Positions 40,718 to 42,526 of a stretch of DNA of 42,526 nt are shown piece by piece. The stretch's first letter is position 1. Every line of letters begins with the position of its first letter. The notes under the pieces were generated by a model. The model saw only the letters and a list, made by a program, of their open reading frames with translations. It ran no database searches and was not told where the DNA came from. The position numbers were made by a program, and so were the translations under genes. The stretch is taken from contig JAXECN010000147.1 of NCBI GenBank assembly GCA_034093535.1, forward strand, positions 1-42,526, read 5' to 3'. The stretch comes from Pelistega sp. GTDB taxonomy: Bacteria > Pseudomonadota > Gammaproteobacteria > Burkholderiales > Burkholderiaceae_B.

Positions 40718-42526
40718 ATGTCAACAACATCTTATCAATTACTCGCTAACCAAATGGTTAGTATGCGCGACGGTATTCATTTGGCGACAGATATTTATCT
40801 TCCGACAGACGGCAAACAAAGCTGGCCTGTTGTCATTGAACGCACACCTTATAACAAAAGCAACTACTCTCGTTCTGAAATTAACCGTGATGGTCATAAA
40901 ATCAGCCGAGAAGAAATGGCTGCCGCATTCTGCCAACAAGGCTTTGCCGTAATTTTCCAAGACTGTCGTGGACGCTATAACTCCGAGGGTGAGTTTATTA
41001 AATATACGCGTGAGGGCGAAGACGGTTTTGATACCTATGCTTGGATTATGCAACAGCCTTGGTGCAACGGCAGTATTGGCAGTATGGGACTTTCTTATGC
41101 TGCCCACACCCAAATGGCTGCTGCCTGCTTAAATCCACCGGGACTCAAAACCATGGTGCTTGATTCAGGTGGTTTTCACAACGCTTTCCGCTGCGGTGCT
41201 CGCCAAGGAGGTGCTTTTGAACTCAAACAAGCGACCTGGGCATTTAAACAAGCTGCCCTCAGCCCACTAGCCAAAGAGAATCCTCAAATCAAAGCTGCTT
41301 TATCCGAAGAAAATATTCGTGATTGGTTCGCCAAAATGCCATGGCAACCGGGACACTCGCCTTTACGCCATCATCCAGAATACGAAAATTACTTATTCGA
41401 ACAATGGCAAGAAGGCTTCTTTACCGACTACTGGAAACAGCTAGGTATCTATGCTGAGGGCTACTATGCCACATTGCCGGATATTCCCGTCTTATTTATG
41501 TCAAGCTGGTATGACGCTTATGTGCCAACCACTCTATCTAATTTTAATGCCTTCAAAGCTGCTGGACGCAAAGCCCCACAACACTTGATTATGGGTCCAT
41601 GGTTACACGGTGATCGCAATATTACCCATAGTGGCAATGCCGAATTTGGTGAAGCCGCCGCCTTTGACAACAATCTAGATAAAGACTGGTTAACATGTCG
41701 TCTCAAGTGGTTTAATACTCACCTAAAAGAAAACCCATCCACAGATACAAAAACACCAGTGGCGCTCTTTATCATGGGTGGTGGCAGTGGCAAGCGCAAT
41801 GCTGATGGACGCATTGAACACGGCGGACACTGGGTATATGGGGATAGCTGGCCACTCGCTGGTGCACAGACACAGCAATGGTTCTTGCACCCTGATATGT
41901 CACTGAGTCGTGACCAAGCTAAAGAAGGCAGCCTATGCTTCCAATCTGACCCACGTCGCCCTGTCCCAACGATTGGCGGCTCTATCACCTCTGGGCTTCC
42001 TGTATTTGCTGGCGGTGCATTTGACCAACGCGAATCTCCTGAATTCTTTGGGACAGATGGTACCAATATGCCTCTTGCCGCACGCGCTGATATCCTAGTG
42101 TTCCAAACTGAACCACTAAATGAAGATTTAACTGTCGCTGGCAAGGTGAAAATCAAGCTCTGGGTTGACAGTGATGTCCCTGATACCGACTTTACCGCAA
42201 AACTAGTGGATGTCTATCCACCTAGCGAAGACTACCCACAAGGCTATGCGATGAATATCACTGACGGTATCTTCCGAGCACGTTATCGTGAGAGTTGGAC
42301 AGAAGCAACATGGCTAGAAAAAGGGAAAGTAGTCGAAATTACGGTCGAGCCCTTTGAAACATGCAATGTGTTTAAAAAAGGACATCGCCTACGCTTAGAT
42401 ATTGCTGGCAGTAACTTCCCTCACTTTGATTGCAATCCCAATAGCGGTGAGCCAGAAGGACAAGCCCGTAAAAAGCAAATCGCGACTAATAATGTCCATA
42501 CCGGCGGCATTTATGCCTCTGTGCTA
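40718..42526 (+). CDS. CocE/NonD family serine hydrolase (alpha/beta hydrolase + PepX-like C domain), truncated at the window edge (absent from the ORF track)
   Basis: ATG 40718 is open to the end of the window. MRDGIHLATDIYLP, ERTPYNK, QDCRGRYNSEG, DG.D..AWI..QPWCNG, nucleophile motif GLSYAA, SWYD, MGPWLHG, DTDFTAKLVDVYP, FKKGHRLRLDI..SNFP. No signal peptide. Confidence 0.93.
   Translation, partial: MSTTSYQLLANQMVSMRDGIHLATDIYLPTDGKQSWPVVIERTPYNKSNYSRSEINRDGHKISREEMAAAFCQQGFAVIFQDCRGRYNSEGEFIKYTREGEDGFDTYAWIMQQPWCNGSIGSMGLSYAAHTQMAAACLNPPGLKTMVLDSGGFHNAFRCGARQGGAFELKQATWAFKQAALSPLAKENPQIKAALSEENIRDWFAKMPWQPGHSPLRHHPEYENYLFEQWQEGFFTDYWKQLGIYAEGYYATLPDIPVLFMSSWYDAYVPTTLSNFNAFKAAGRKAPQHLIMGPWLHGDRNITHSGNAEFGEAAAFDNNLDKDWLTCRLKWFNTHLKENPSTDTKTPVALFIMGGGSGKRNADGRIEHGGHWVYGDSWPLAGAQTQQWFLHPDMSLSRDQAKEGSLCFQSDPRRPVPTIGGSITSGLPVFAGGAFDQRESPEFFGTDGTNMPLAARADILVFQTEPLNEDLTVAGKVKIKLWVDSDVPDTDFTAKLVDVYPPSEDYPQGYAMNITDGIFRARYRESWTEATWLEKGKVVEITVEPFETCNVFKKGHRLRLDIAGSNFPHFDCNPNSGEPEGQARKKQIATNNVHTGGIYASVL

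Noticed and set aside
40739-42156. ORFs 40739-41113, 41518-41706, 41719-42156 and 41910-42098
   Set aside because: They are shadow or alternate frames inside the CocE/NonD hydrolase gene.

Overview
A mostly housekeeping chromosomal window from a moderately low-GC betaproteobacterium. Gene content and order resemble the Alcaligenaceae (Pelistega/Taylorella-like; this is inference). In order it holds: partial relA, a flavodoxin-like gene, smc-zipA-ligA, lplT, a tsaB-rimI fusion followed by a degenerate family-4 UDG-like gene, risA/risS (OmpR/EnvZ type), ahpC-ahpD, a GT2 glycosyltransferase behind ispD-ispF, mfd, serB, DUF2818, the complete nuoA-N operon, and an accessory IclR + YfcC-type transporter + CocE/NonD hydrolase module running off the right edge. 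I saw no rRNA, tRNA, CRISPR, transposase or phage genes. The five most interesting signals are as follows. (1) The UDG-like protein has lost all Fe-S cysteines and several active-site residues, and it carries motifs and a rimI-linked position resembling the DNA polymerase III psi (HolD) subunit. (2) A ~100-nt rod-like palindromic element follows ahpD, with a diverged inverted half copy 2.1 kb away between the ispD and mfd promoters. (3) A terminator/antiterminator-like multi-hairpin spacer lies between ahpC and ahpD. (4) An OxyR-like site is embedded in the 3' end of risS. (5) The IclR-YfcC-CocE catabolic module has tandem palindromic operators and an unknown substrate. All homology calls come from motif recognition by eye; no searches were run.
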